From an uncultured Acidobacteriota bacterium (GTDB taxonomy: Bacteria; Acidobacteriota; Vicinamibacteria; Vicinamibacterales; 2-12-FULL-66-21), in the NCBI GenBank assembly GCA_963847125.1, contig CAWJYM010000004.1, positions 3,309,663 to 3,373,662 of the forward strand: a DNA stretch of 64,000 nt, written 5' to 3'. The first letter of the stretch is position 1. The number at the start of each line of letters is the position of its first letter. This document shows, one piece after another, positions 1 to 10,081 of this stretch. The position numbers and the translations under genes are program-made. The notes under the pieces are model-generated. The model made no database searches and was not told the DNA's origin. It saw nothing but the letters and a program-made list of their open reading frames with translations.

Positions 1-2075
1 GCGGGCCGGAATCGGCGCTCCCCCTCCCTCCTGGCCTGCCACCCCCGCGCCTCACCGAGATCGAGCCCTGGACGTTCGACGTCGAGAACGCGCGGCGGAT
101 GCTGCTCGATCAGACGCGGACTCAGACGCTCGCCGGGTTCGGCCTCGACGGCCACCCTGGAGCCGTCTCCGCCGCGGGGGCGCTCGTGCAGTACCTGAAG
201 GACACGCAGAAGGTGGATCTCGCGCACGTCCGGGCGATTCGATATCGCGCGGGCGGCGACGCGCTCATCGTCGATCCCACGACGCTGAGGCATCTCGAGG
301 TCGTCGAGAGCGCCGGTGGCGGGCGTGCCGGATCCCTCCTCGATGAGATCGACCGCACGGCCACGGCGATGGGTGGACGCCTCCTGCGCGGCTGGCTGCT
401 CGCGCCGCTCGTCTCGCTCGAACGGATTCAGGATCGGCTCGACGCGGTCGAGGAGCTGGCGTTTCGGTCGACGGATCGCGGCAAGCTCCGGGACACCCTG
501 AAAAGCATCCATGACATCGAGCGCCTCGTCGCGCGAGCGGCGCTCGGGACCGCCGGCCCGCGCGACCTGGTGGCGCTGCGGCAGTCGCTGGTCGCCGTCC
601 CACGCCTCCGCATCGCGTTGTCAGAAATGCAGGCGCCGCTCGTCCGGAGCCTCGTCGGCGAGATGGACGACGTGGCCGAGGTCCGCGAGCAAATCGCCGC
701 GACCATCGCGGACGACCCGCCGGCGCTGGCGCGCGATGGCGGCGCAATCCGCGATGGCGTGGATCCGGAACTGGACGACGTGCGCGGTATCAGCCGGGGT
801 GGCCGCCAGCGCATCGCCGAAATGGAGGAGGCCGAGCGCGCGCGAACGGGCATCGCCTCGCTCAAGATCCGCTACAACCGCGTGTTCGGCTACTACATCG
901 AGGTGTCGAGAGCGAACCTCGCCGCGGTCCCGCCCGACTATCACCGCAAACAGACCATCGCCGGAGGCGAGCGGTTCATCACGCCGGCCCTGAAGGAATA
1001 CGAGGACCGCGTGCTCGGCGCAGACGAGCGGATTCTCGAGCGCGAGATCGAGATCTTCGACCGCGTTCGGGCGGCGGTCGCCGCCGAAGCGCCGAGGCTC
1101 CAGGACACGGCGCGGGCGCTCGCGACGCTCGACGTGCTCGCGGCGCTGGCGGAGGCGGCCGCGATCCTCAACTACACGAAGCCCCAGGTGCACGACGGCG
1201 ACGATCTGAGCGTCGTGGACGGCCGTCACCCGGTCGTCGAGCGGCACTCGACCGAGCCGTTCGTACCGAACGACGTCACGCTCGACGCCACGTCGCATCA
1301 ACTCGTGATCCTGACCGGCCCGAACATGGGCGGGAAGTCGACGTACCTCCGGCAGATCGCGCTGACCTGTCTACTGGCGCAGGCCGGCTCGTTCGTCCCG
1401 GCCCGCAGCGCGAAGCTGCCGCTGGTCGATCGGATCTTTGCGCGCGTGGGCGCCTCGGACAACATCGCGCGGGGGCAGTCGACGTTCATGGTCGAGATGC
1501 AGGAAACGGCGAACATCCTGCACGCCGCGACGTCGCGCAGCCTCGTCATCCTCGACGAAATCGGACGCGGCACGGCGACGTTCGACGGCCTGAGCCTCGC
1601 GTGGGCGGTGGCGGAGCACCTGGCCGGCAACCCGCGCGCCCGCCCCAAGACGATCTTTGCCACGCACTACCACGAGCTCACGGACCTGGCGGATGCCCTG
1701 CCGGGAGTCGCCAACTTCCACGTCGTCGTGCGGGAGTGGAAGGACGACATCATCTTTTTGCGGAAGGTCGTGCCGGGCCGCTCCGATCGGAGCTACGGGA
1801 TCCAGGTCGCGCGGCTCGCGGGGCTTCCCGCATCGGTCGTCGCGCGGGCGCGGGAGATTCTCGAGGCCCTCGAGCGCGACGAGCTGTCCCGCGGCGGACG
1901 GCCGTCGCTGACGGCGGGCTCCCCTGCCGCGGCGAGCCGTCAACTCGGGCTGTTTCACGCTCCGTCGGCCGAGGACCACCCGGCGGTCAAACGACTCCGC
2001 CAGATCGACGTCGATCGCCTGACCCCGCTCGAGGCGCTGACGGTTCTGGCCGATCTGAAGAAGGAAACTGAGTGA
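1..2075 (+). CDS. mutS: DNA mismatch repair protein MutS, 3' portion (5' end lies outside the window)
   Basis: The frame is open from nt 3 to TGA 2073-2075. The translation carries MutS ATPase/core motifs (GPNMGGKSTYLRQ Walker A, STFMVEMQE, ILDEIGRGTATFDG, THYHEL). Confidence 0.95.
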   Translation, partial: GPESALPLPPGLPPPRLTEIEPWTFDVENARRMLLDQTRTQTLAGFGLDGHPGAVSAAGALVQYLKDTQKVDLAHVRAIRYRAGGDALIVDPTTLRHLEVVESAGGGRAGSLLDEIDRTATAMGGRLLRGWLLAPLVSLERIQDRLDAVEELAFRSTDRGKLRDTLKSIHDIERLVARAALGTAGPRDLVALRQSLVAVPRLRIALSEMQAPLVRSLVGEMDDVAEVREQIAATIADDPPALARDGGAIRDGVDPELDDVRGISRGGRQRIAEMEEAERARTGIASLKIRYNRVFGYYIEVSRANLAAVPPDYHRKQTIAGGERFITPALKEYEDRVLGADERILEREIEIFDRVRAAVAAEAPRLQDTARALATLDVLAALAEAAAILNYTKPQVHDGDDLSVVDGRHPVVERHSTEPFVPNDVTLDATSHQLVILTGPNMGGKSTYLRQIALTCLLAQAGSFVPARSAKLPLVDRIFARVGASDNIARGQSTFMVEMQETANILHAATSRSLVILDEIGRGTATFDGLSLAWAVAEHLAGNPRARPKTIFATHYHELTDLADALPGVANFHVVVREWKDDIIFLRKVVPGRSDRSYGIQVARLAGLPASVVARAREILEALERDELSRGGRPSLTAGSPAAASRQLGLFHAPSAEDHPAVKRLRQIDVDRLTPLEALTVLADLKKETE

Positions 2076-4949
2076 AGCGCCCGTGGCGCGCGCGACCCTT
2101 CGACTTTGCTCAGGGTCGTCCTGAGCGTGTCGAAGGACGAGGCGCCTGGGTCCTTCTGCTCTGCGGTCTCCTCTGCGCGGCGGGTCCGGGCCCGGACGAG
2201 GCGCACGCCTCGGAGCGGTACGACCCGACGCTGCGTTTCCGCACGATCACGACGGAGCATTTCTCCATCCACTTCCATCAGGGTGAGCAGGATCTTGCCC
2301 GTCGGCTGGCGCGGATCGCGGAAGAGACGCATCAGGCGCTTGTGGCGCGCCTGGGCCGCGCGCGCAGCAGGGCCAGGACACACGTGATCCTCGTCGATCA
2401 AGAGGATTTCGCGAATGGCTGGGCGATGGTCTTCCCGTACAACGTCATCCAGATCAGCGCCGCGGCGCCAGGGGTGGACGACGCGATCGGAAACACGGAC
2501 GACTGGCTGCGGATGGTGTTCACGCACGAGTACACACACGTCCTGCATCTCGATCGAGCGGGCGGCGTGATCGGCGGATTCAGATATGTGTTCGGCCGTG
2601 CGCCGCTGCTCTTCCCCAACCTGTACCTGCCGAAGTGGCAGATTGAAGGGATCGCGACCTGGAGCGAGAGCGCCTTCACGGGACAGGGGCGGGTACGCTC
2701 CGGCGACTTCAAACAGGTCGTGAGCGCGGGTGCGTTCGAACCGGTCGATCGCGTCAACGGCGGCCTGGTGGATTGGCCCGGCGGGAATGCGCAGTACGCC
2801 TACGGCGCGTTTTTCCATGAGCACCTCGCGCGACGATTCGGCGACACGCAGCTCGGCGATCTCGCGGACGCAACGGGCCGCCGGCTGCCGTACCTTCCCC
2901 TCGGGGCGTTCGATCGCGCCTTCGGCGAGGACTTTGGAACGCTGTGGCGCGACTTTCGGAAAGAGACCGAGTCCGCAAGCGGCGCCGCTCAGTCGGGGGC
3001 ACGTCGTCTGACCTCGCACGAGTACCAGGTCGGCGCGCCACGTTGGAGCACGGATGGCGCGCGCGTCTTCTATTCCCTCTCGACGCCGCACGACTTTCCG
3101 GCGCTCATGAGCGTCGTGCCGGGCCAGGCGCCCGAGCGAATCGCCAACCGTGCCGGGGGGACGCGGACGGCGGTCACCCGCGACGCGGTCATCTTCGATC
3201 AGGTCCAGTACGGTACGAAGCGTCGGCCTGCAGAACGACCTCTACCGGCTCGACCTGGCGACCCGCCGCATCGGTCGCCTGACCGCCGGCGCGCGCGTGT
3301 CTGATCCGGATGTGTCACGCGACGGCAAGAAAGTGGCCTGCGTGGTCGAGGAGCGCGGCGCGGCGGCGCTTGCGGTACTGGATCTCGAGGATCCTTCCGG
3401 TCAGCTGCGGATCGTCGCGCGCGGGCCAGAGACGCAGTTCGGCGTGCCCCGCTGGTCTCCCGATGGCCATGCGATCGCAGCCGAACGGCGGCCCCTTGGC
3501 GGGCCGTTCGAGATCGTCATCGTCGATCCGGAGACAGGCGCCACCGAAGTCGTCGTGAGCGGACCCGGACGCAACGCCGACCCTGAGTGGACCGGCGATG
3601 GACACTGGATTCTGTTCGCATCAGACAGGCACGGCGGTCCCCTCGACCTGTACGCCGTCCAGCGCTCGTCCCGTCGCGTCGTTCGCGTGACAACGATCGA
3701 TCTTGGGGCTCACGCCCCTTCGATCTCCCCAGATGGTCGTACGGTGGCGTTCATCGGCTACACGCCGACCGGGTATGAGATATTTTCGGCCGAGCTCCCG
3801 GCCCTGGACGAGTTGCCTGAGGCTCGAGATGTTCCACCCGCTCCGCCGCCCAGGACGGTCACACCGTCCCAGGAGCCCGCGCCCGAGACGCCGTACAGCC
3901 CATGGTCCAGCATGTATCCACGCTATTGGACCCCTGTCATCGAAGAGGACAGCGGGCAGATCGAAGCGGGCGCGGCGACGACGGGGGCCGACCCGCTCGG
4001 TCGACATAGTTACGCTGCTGCGGTCACCTGGGGATCGGCGGCGGCGCACCCCGACTGGCAAGTCGCCTACGCGTACGATCGCTGGCGCCCGACCTTCGTG
4101 GCCGCAGCCTCTGACGATCGATCGACGTTTCAGGAGGCGGACTTCCGGGACCGGACATTCGACGTCGGCGCATTCGTGCGGTTCCGGCGGGTGCTCCGGC
4201 TCCAGACGTTGACGACGTCGCTGCACCTCTCGGACGAAATTCGCGATTGCGCCGTGGGAGCCGGGTGCCCGCAACCCGGGCGCACCGGCATCGATCGGCG
4301 CGCCGTACGCGGCGGCTGGTTCATCACGACCGCGCGGAGCTACGGCTACTCCATCAGTCCTGAAGACGGGTTCACCGCCGGGGGCGCGGTCGAGGCCACC
4401 CGCGCTGCGCTCGGTTCGAGCGGCGACGCCACGACGGTCACCGCTCAGGCGCGCGGCTACCCTTCCTTCGGACTGCGACATGCCGTGCTGGCCACGCGCG
4501 CGGCGGTCGGCGCGTCGTGGGGCGAATCTCTGGTCGTTCGCCGCTTCGGCGTGGGCGGCGCCGCCGCGGAAACGCCGGGCGGCTTCGGGCGCGACGCGAT
4601 CGGGTTGCTGCGCGGCTACGACGAGGACGCCGCGGTCGGCTCCCACGCCGCCGTCATCAACGTGGACTTCCGGTTGCCGCTTGCGTACATCGAGCGAGGC
4701 GCCGGCCGCTGGCCGTTTTTTCTCAAGGCGCTGCACGCGGCGGCATTCGTCGACGCCGGTCACGCATGGGACCGCGACTTTGATCCCGATGACCTGAAGG
4801 TCACCTTCGGCGCGGAGCTGTCGATGGATACGACGCTGGGCTTCAACCTGCCGCTGACCTTCACCGCCGGCGTGGCATGGCGCCATGACGGCAGCGGACG
4901 TCTACCCGAAGGCGCAGCGGCGTTCGGTCGAATCGGGCGAGCCTTCTAG
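2072..4949 (+). pseudogene. Outer-membrane protein (MA-clan metallopeptidase-like domain + TolB/PD40-like beta-propeller + C-terminal Omp85-like barrel), interrupted by one apparent +1 frameshift near 3200-3225
   Basis: ORF 2072..3304 (frame 2) has the signal-like AWVLLLCGLLCAAG and HEYTHVLH. ORF 3150..4949 (frame 3) has repeated PD40-like strands (SRDGKKVA, SPDGHAIA, TGDGHWILF, SPDGRTVAF) and a barrel-like tail ending GRIGRAF with a terminal Phe. The two ORFs overlap and read as one protein if one nt is skipped. It could be a sequencing error rather than a true pseudogene. Confidence 0.7.
2097..2136. repeat. REP-like nested hairpin, family A copy 1 (CCTTCGAC..GCTCAGG-gtcgt-CCTGAGC..GTCGAAGG)
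   Basis: The outer 8-bp arms (2097-2104 / 2129-2136) and inner 7-bp arms (2108-2114 / 2120-2126) are perfect inverted repeats. It lies 22 nt after the mutS stop. A related copy is at 4967-5015. Confidence 0.65.
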
Positions 4950-4966
4950 ATCCGTTGGCAGCCCTG

Positions 4967-5015
4967 CCCTTCGACTGCGCTCAGGGCACCCCGAGCAGGA
5001 TCGAGGGGTGAAGGG
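4967..5015. repeat. REP-like hairpin, family A copy 2 (degenerate)
   Basis: cccttcgactgcgctcagggcaccccgagcaggatcgaggggtgaaggg shares the CCCTTCGACT..GCTCAGGG..GAGC..TCGA..GAAGG skeleton with copy 1. It is intergenic, between stop 4949 and the likely start at 5041. Confidence 0.55.
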
Positions 5016-5040
5016 CTGCGCTACGAATACAATACCGAGC

Positions 5041-6117
5041 GTGTCGACGAAGAAATCCCGCTTCCTCACGACGCCGATCGAGCCGTTCCGCGTAGAGGCC
5101 GGGCTGACGGTGGACGAAGTCCTCCGGCGCATGGAGCGCATCTCGTTCCAGGGTCGCAATCTGGCGACGGCGCTCCGCATCTGGCAGAAGATGCTCGACG
5201 GGGACACGTTCATTTTTCTCGGCATGGCGGGTGCGCTGAGCGCGGGCGGCCTGCGGATGATCGTCGCGCACCTGATCGCGCGCCGGTACATCGACTGCCT
5301 GGTGTCAACGGGCGCGAACCTGTACCACGACCTGCACGAGACCCGCGGCCGACGGCACTTCGTCGGCTCGCCGCGGGAAGACGATGAGGCGCTCGCCGAA
5401 GCGCGGATCGATCGCGTGTACGACACCTACGCGGACGAAGAGGAGTTCATCGACAACGACGAGTGGATCGCGGCTTTCGCGCAGACGATCGAGCCGCGCG
5501 CCTACACATCGCGCGAATTCCTGAACCGGCTGGGCGGGCATCTCTGGCGCGAAACCGGGGGTGAAGGAATCCTGACCGCTGCGCACAGGGCGAACGTGCC
5601 CATCTTCTGTCCCGCGCTCGCGGACTCCTCGATCGGGATGGGCCTGTCGCAGGCTCGTCACCGGAATCAGCGCGCCGGGCAGATTGACATCATCGGGGAC
5701 ATCATCGAATCGGCCAACATCGTCATCCGGCGGCCGCATACGGCGTCGATCGTCCTCGGCGGCGGCACGCCGAAGAACTTCATCAATCAGGCGAGCGTTC
5801 AGGCCGAGTTCTACGACGATCGCATCACCGGCCATCGCTTCGCGCTGCAGATCGTGACCGACGTGCCGCATTTCGGGGGCGCGTCCGGATCCAGTCTGGA
5901 CGAAGCCAAGAGCTGGGGGAAGCTCGCCGAGAACGCCGAGCAGGTGACGGTGCACGCCGATGCCACCGTGGCGCTGCCGCTGCTGGTCAGCGCGCTCGAG
6001 ACGACCGCCGCCGCGAGGCTCGAAACGCGCCGGCCGCCCGCGTTCGACGTCAGCGGCGCCGTCATCTCCGTCGATGGTCGGCCGTTGCCCGCCGGCCGGT
6101 ACGAGGAAAAGACGTGA
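5041..6117 (+). CDS. Deoxyhypusine synthase-like (homospermidine synthase-like) protein
   Basis: DHS-family motifs are present (FLGMAGALSAGGLR, CLVSTGANLYHDLHE, VLGGGTPKNFINQ, DEAKSWGK). I prefer the GTG start at 5041 because the longer ORF start (4885) overlaps the upstream gene and the REP element. Confidence 0.85.
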   Translation: MSTKKSRFLTTPIEPFRVEAGLTVDEVLRRMERISFQGRNLATALRIWQKMLDGDTFIFLGMAGALSAGGLRMIVAHLIARRYIDCLVSTGANLYHDLHETRGRRHFVGSPREDDEALAEARIDRVYDTYADEEEFIDNDEWIAAFAQTIEPRAYTSREFLNRLGGHLWRETGGEGILTAAHRANVPIFCPALADSSIGMGLSQARHRNQRAGQIDIIGDIIESANIVIRRPHTASIVLGGGTPKNFINQASVQAEFYDDRITGHRFALQIVTDVPHFGGASGSSLDEAKSWGKLAENAEQVTVHADATVALPLLVSALETTAAARLETRRPPAFDVSGAVISVDGRPLPAGRYEEKT

Positions 6118-6998
6118 GCGTAAAGTACGACGCCACCGACCCGATCATGTTCGGCGGGCCCCCATCGAAGGCCCCGGCGTTCGCTACCGCAAAGGCTGTC
6201 GTGCTGCCCGTTCCGTTCGATCGGACGACGTCCTACGTCCCCGGCACGCGGAACGGCCCCCGCGAGATCATCCAGGCTTCGACCCACATGGAAGTCTGGG
6301 ACGAGGAAGCCCGCGCGGACGTCCACTCCCCGGGCGTCATCTTCACGCTTCCCGAAATGGAGCTGCCCTTCGGCGAGATGGCGCCCGTGATGGACGAGCT
6401 CAAGCGCGTGGCCGGCGAGATCCTCGACGCTGGCAAGTTTCTCGTGACGCTTGGGGGCGAGCATTCGATCACGCCGCCGATAGTCGCCGCCGCCGCGGCG
6501 CGCCATGCGGGGCTTTCAGTGCTCCAGATCGACGCACACGCAGACCTCCGAGACGAGTACATGGGAACCCCGTTCAACCACGCCTGCGCGATGCGTCGGA
6601 CGCTCGAGCATGCGCCCGTCACGCAGGTCGGCATCCGCAGCTTGTCGTCCGAGGAAGCCCGTGCGGTCGGAAACCTGAAAACCCGGATCTTCTATGACCA
6701 CGACATGCGGCGCGATCCATCGTGGGTCGATCGGGTCATCGACAGCCTGAGCGACCGCGTCTACGTCACCATCGATGCGGACGGCCTCGACCCGGCGATC
6801 ATGCCGGCTGTTGGAACGCCGGAACCGGGGGGTCTGTCCTGGTATGAAACGACGAACCTCCTGAAGGCGGTGTTCACGCGGCGCCAGGTCGTCGCCTGTG
6901 ACCTCGTCGAGCTGTGCCCCATCCCGGGCCTGACCTCCCCGAATTTCATTTGCGCGAAGCTTGTCTACAAGATGCTCACGTATCAGCTCACCAGGTAG
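6114..6998 (+). CDS. speB: Agmatinase (ureohydrolase/arginase family)
   Basis: Mn-binding ureohydrolase motifs are present (GGEHSITPP, QIDAHADLRDEY, VTIDADGLDPAIMPAVGTPEPGGLSW). The start forms a GTGA overlap with the upstream stop. Confidence 0.9.
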   Translation: MSVKYDATDPIMFGGPPSKAPAFATAKAVVLPVPFDRTTSYVPGTRNGPREIIQASTHMEVWDEEARADVHSPGVIFTLPEMELPFGEMAPVMDELKRVAGEILDAGKFLVTLGGEHSITPPIVAAAAARHAGLSVLQIDAHADLRDEYMGTPFNHACAMRRTLEHAPVTQVGIRSLSSEEARAVGNLKTRIFYDHDMRRDPSWVDRVIDSLSDRVYVTIDADGLDPAIMPAVGTPEPGGLSWYETTNLLKAVFTRRQVVACDLVELCPIPGLTSPNFICAKLVYKMLTYQLTR

Positions 6999-7085
6999 AG
7001 CGCGCAAGCGCGCATTCCCGAGAACCCTGGGACCGGCAGACGGTATCCACCCGTGCCTGTATACACGGTATACTAGTCACCTTTC

Positions 7086-10046
7086 ATGGCAGTCGTTCTC
7101 GGAGCGACACCGGATCAGCGGCCGGCTCTCGCGCAGGCCCGCGCGGCCCTCGAGCGAGGAGAGGGGGCCCAGGCGGTCCAAATCCTCAATCGGGCGCTTC
7201 GCGAGCCGGGACTGCCGCGCGCCGAGTCGCTGCTGCTCCGCTGTGCGCTGGCGGAAGGCTGGCTGCTCCAGGACGAGCTGAAACATGCGGCCGATGCTCT
7301 CGGCCGACCGCCCAACGAACTACGAGAGCGGATCGAGCCTGCCGGCGTATCCGCCCTCTGGCGCCTCCACGGTCGGATTACCGCCGCGCGCGGTGAGCCG
7401 TCACGCGCGATCGCTCAGCTCGGCAAGGCGCTCAAGGCGGCGGAGCGTGCGCACGACTCGCTGGCGATCGGTCTCACCCACTACGAGCTGGGCCTCTGCT
7501 ATCGCCGGGTAGGCGACACAGCGATCGTCCGGGAACATCTGAACAAGGCGGCCTCCGCGCTCCATGCCGCCGGCGATCGCCGGCACCTGGCGCTCGTCCA
7601 CTCGCTGTCGGGGGTCACCCTCGCCACTCAGGACGGCCGCATCGACGAGGCCATGACGGCGCTCAGGCAGGCGGAGCGGCTCGCCCTGCTCGCGCATGCC
7701 GACGATGTCGTGGCGATTGTCTGCAACAACCAGGCGAACGTGGCGCTGCTGCAGAACCGTCATGAGCAGGCGTTGGCGCTGGCCGAGCGCAGTGTGTCTC
7801 TGCAGACCGAGACCGGGTCGCCTCACGGGCTCGGCGTTTCGCTGGCGTCGCTTGGGCAGATTTGCGTCCGGGCGGGCAAGCTGGAACGCGCCGAGCAGGT
7901 GCTGCGCCGGGCGCTCGAAGTGCGCAGCGCGGTGCAGTTCCTTCGAGAGACGCGCGGCGCGGTTTACGACACGTTGACCCAGATCCACCTGATCCGGGGC
8001 GAATACGATCGCGCGAGCACGTGCCTGACCCAGGCTCGCGATGCCTACGGGGAGTACGGTACGCAGACGAGCAAGTGGTACGAGTGGTCGATTCGTGTGC
8101 TCGAGGCGCGCCTCGCGCTCCGTCGCGGGCAGCTCGACGAAGCGCTGGGCCTGGCGAGCGAGACGGCTCAGTCCCCCGCCGCGCCGCCCGCCGACGGGCT
8201 GCAGGCCGGTCTCATCGCGTGCGAGGCCATGCTGCTTGCGGGCCGGATGGCCGAGGCATCGGAGCGGATTTCAGCCCTCGGTCATCGGCTCCAGCCAGCG
8301 GGGATGCCCAGCCTCTGGGGCGAATACCTCCGCCTGCGCGGGCAGCTCCACGCGCGCGAGGGCCGCGTCACCGAGGCCTATCACGACCTCGGGCAGAGCG
8401 TCAGCGTCTTCGAGCTGTTCGGCGAGCAGTACGAGGCAGGCCTGAGTTATCTCGCGATTGGCAAGCTGGCCGCGGAGGCGGGCGCGCGGTCGCGCGCGAC
8501 GCGCTATCTCGCGGACGCCGCCGCTTCGTTCGAGGCGCTCGGCGCGGGGCCGGATCTGGCGGACGCGCGCGCGGCAGCTACGCGCGTCCCGGTCGCCGGC
8601 ACGGGCGACTACATCGGCCCACAGGTCGACGGCGACGACGTGATCGTCCGAAGGCTGGTGGACGCCGCCGCAGTGCCGGATCTGCTGGGCCGCGAAGCGG
8701 CATCTGCGATGGTGGAGTCCTGCGACGCCGACGCCGCCGTGATTTTCGTGCACCCGCCCGGGGCGGACATCCGCGTCGTCGCGAGCGCCGGCGGGGATCC
8801 CCACGCCGCGCGGGCCCTCGCCGGCGCCGCGGCGCGCGGCGCCTCGCGCGCCGGTGACGGCGGGTTCCTCGTCGAGTCGATCGGGCTGGCAGCGGACGGC
8901 CCGCGCCTGGCCGCGATCACCGCCTCCCGATTGTTCAGTCCCGCGATCAGCGCGCGGTTTCGTACCGTGTGCGCGGTAACGCGGCAAGGCTTCGACCTCT
9001 GTCGCGCGCGTGAGCGGCCCGTGGAGGCGGCGTCGGCGCCCTTCGATCGGCAGCTCGAGCCGTTGCTGCCGGGCTTCGTCTGCGTCAGCCCCGTCATGAC
9101 CCGCGTCGTCGAGCAGATCCAGCGCCTGCAGGGCAACGACCTGACCGTCCTGATCACCGGCGAGAGCGGCACCGGCAAGGACCTCGTCGCCCGGGCGATC
9201 CATGCAGGCTCACCGCGCAGTTCGGCGATGTTCCTGCCCTACAACTGCACGACCACGACGCGCGAGCTCGCCGACAGCCAGCTGTTCGGCCATCGGCGCG
9301 GGAGTTTCACGGGCGCCATCGCGGACCAGCCGGGCGTCCTGCGGTCGGCGGTCGGCGGCACGCTGTTTCTCGATGAGATCGGCGACCTTCCGCTCGACGT
9401 GCAGCCCAAACTGCTTCGGTTCCTGGAGCAGGGCGAGGTGCTGCCGGTCGGCGAGACCCGGCCGACCCGCGTGGATGTCCGCGTCGTCGCCGCAACCAAC
9501 GCCGATCTCGAGCAGCGCGTCGCCGAGGGCAAGTTCCGCGAGGACCTGTTCTATCGGCTGAGCGTCATCCGGATCCACGTCCCACCGCTCCGCGAGCGAC
9601 GCGAAGAGATTCCGCACCTGTCGACGTTGTTCCTCCGCGAGGTCTCCGAGCGTCTCGGCAAACCGGACGTTCGGCTGAGCGCGGAAACCCTGGACCTGTT
9701 CGACTCCTACGACTGGCCCGGAAACGTCCGACAACTGCGGAACGAAGTGCAGCGCGCGGTGGCGCTGGCGCCGGCGGGCGGTCTGGTCACCCCCGACCAC
9801 CTCTCACCGCAGCTCTCCGGCATGGTTGCCGACGTCGACGCGAAGGCGACAGGATCGCGCCGCCGGCAGAACCTCACGACCGCGGTGGAAAAGCTGGAAC
9901 GGGAGATGATCCAAGGCGCACTCGAGCGAAGCGCCGGGAATATTTCGGAAACGGCGCGCGTTCTTGGGTTGACGCGGCGAGGGCTCTACCTGAAGCTTCG
10001 CCGGCTCGGGATCGACACGCGCCTCGACGCATCCGCCCCGCATTAG
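7086..10046 (+). CDS. Sigma-54-dependent transcriptional activator with a long N-terminal TPR-like sensor region
   Basis: The AAA+ sigma54-interaction domain (GESGTGKDLVARAIH, GSFTGA loop, FLDEIGDLP, RVVAATN, FREDLFYRL) and a C-terminal Fis-type HTH (ISETARVLGLTRRGLYLKLRRLGI) are present. The first ~480 aa are repeated TPR-like helices. Confidence 0.9.
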   Translation: MAVVLGATPDQRPALAQARAALERGEGAQAVQILNRALREPGLPRAESLLLRCALAEGWLLQDELKHAADALGRPPNELRERIEPAGVSALWRLHGRITAARGEPSRAIAQLGKALKAAERAHDSLAIGLTHYELGLCYRRVGDTAIVREHLNKAASALHAAGDRRHLALVHSLSGVTLATQDGRIDEAMTALRQAERLALLAHADDVVAIVCNNQANVALLQNRHEQALALAERSVSLQTETGSPHGLGVSLASLGQICVRAGKLERAEQVLRRALEVRSAVQFLRETRGAVYDTLTQIHLIRGEYDRASTCLTQARDAYGEYGTQTSKWYEWSIRVLEARLALRRGQLDEALGLASETAQSPAAPPADGLQAGLIACEAMLLAGRMAEASERISALGHRLQPAGMPSLWGEYLRLRGQLHAREGRVTEAYHDLGQSVSVFELFGEQYEAGLSYLAIGKLAAEAGARSRATRYLADAAASFEALGAGPDLADARAAATRVPVAGTGDYIGPQVDGDDVIVRRLVDAAAVPDLLGREAASAMVESCDADAAVIFVHPPGADIRVVASAGGDPHAARALAGAAARGASRAGDGGFLVESIGLAADGPRLAAITASRLFSPAISARFRTVCAVTRQGFDLCRARERPVEAASAPFDRQLEPLLPGFVCVSPVMTRVVEQIQRLQGNDLTVLITGESGTGKDLVARAIHAGSPRSSAMFLPYNCTTTTRELADSQLFGHRRGSFTGAIADQPGVLRSAVGGTLFLDEIGDLPLDVQPKLLRFLEQGEVLPVGETRPTRVDVRVVAATNADLEQRVAEGKFREDLFYRLSVIRIHVPPLRERREEIPHLSTLFLREVSERLGKPDVRLSAETLDLFDSYDWPGNVRQLRNEVQRAVALAPAGGLVTPDHLSPQLSGMVADVDAKATGSRRRQNLTTAVEKLEREMIQGALERSAGNISETARVLGLTRRGLYLKLRRLGIDTRLDASAPH

Positions 10047-10053
10047 ATAGCAA

Positions 10054-10081
10054 GTATCCAGTATCCAGGCCATCTGGATAC
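10054..10081. repeat. Direct plus inverted repeat GTATCCA-GTATCCAG-gccat-CTGGATAC just after the activator stop (terminator hairpin or operator)
   Basis: There is a perfect 8-bp inverted repeat (10061-10068 / 10074-10081) with a 5-nt spacer, preceded by a direct copy of GTATCCA. It sits at the start of an A/T-rich ~150-bp spacer. Confidence 0.5.

Noticed and set aside
7000-7013. The GCGCGCAAGCGCGC palindrome after speB considered as an intrinsic terminator, and a TATACT -10-like box at 7069-7074 implying a near-leaderless activator mRNA.
   Set aside because: The stem is only 5 bp once a viable loop is allowed, and no U-tract follows. The promoter call rests on a single hexamer. Both are too weak to report as features.
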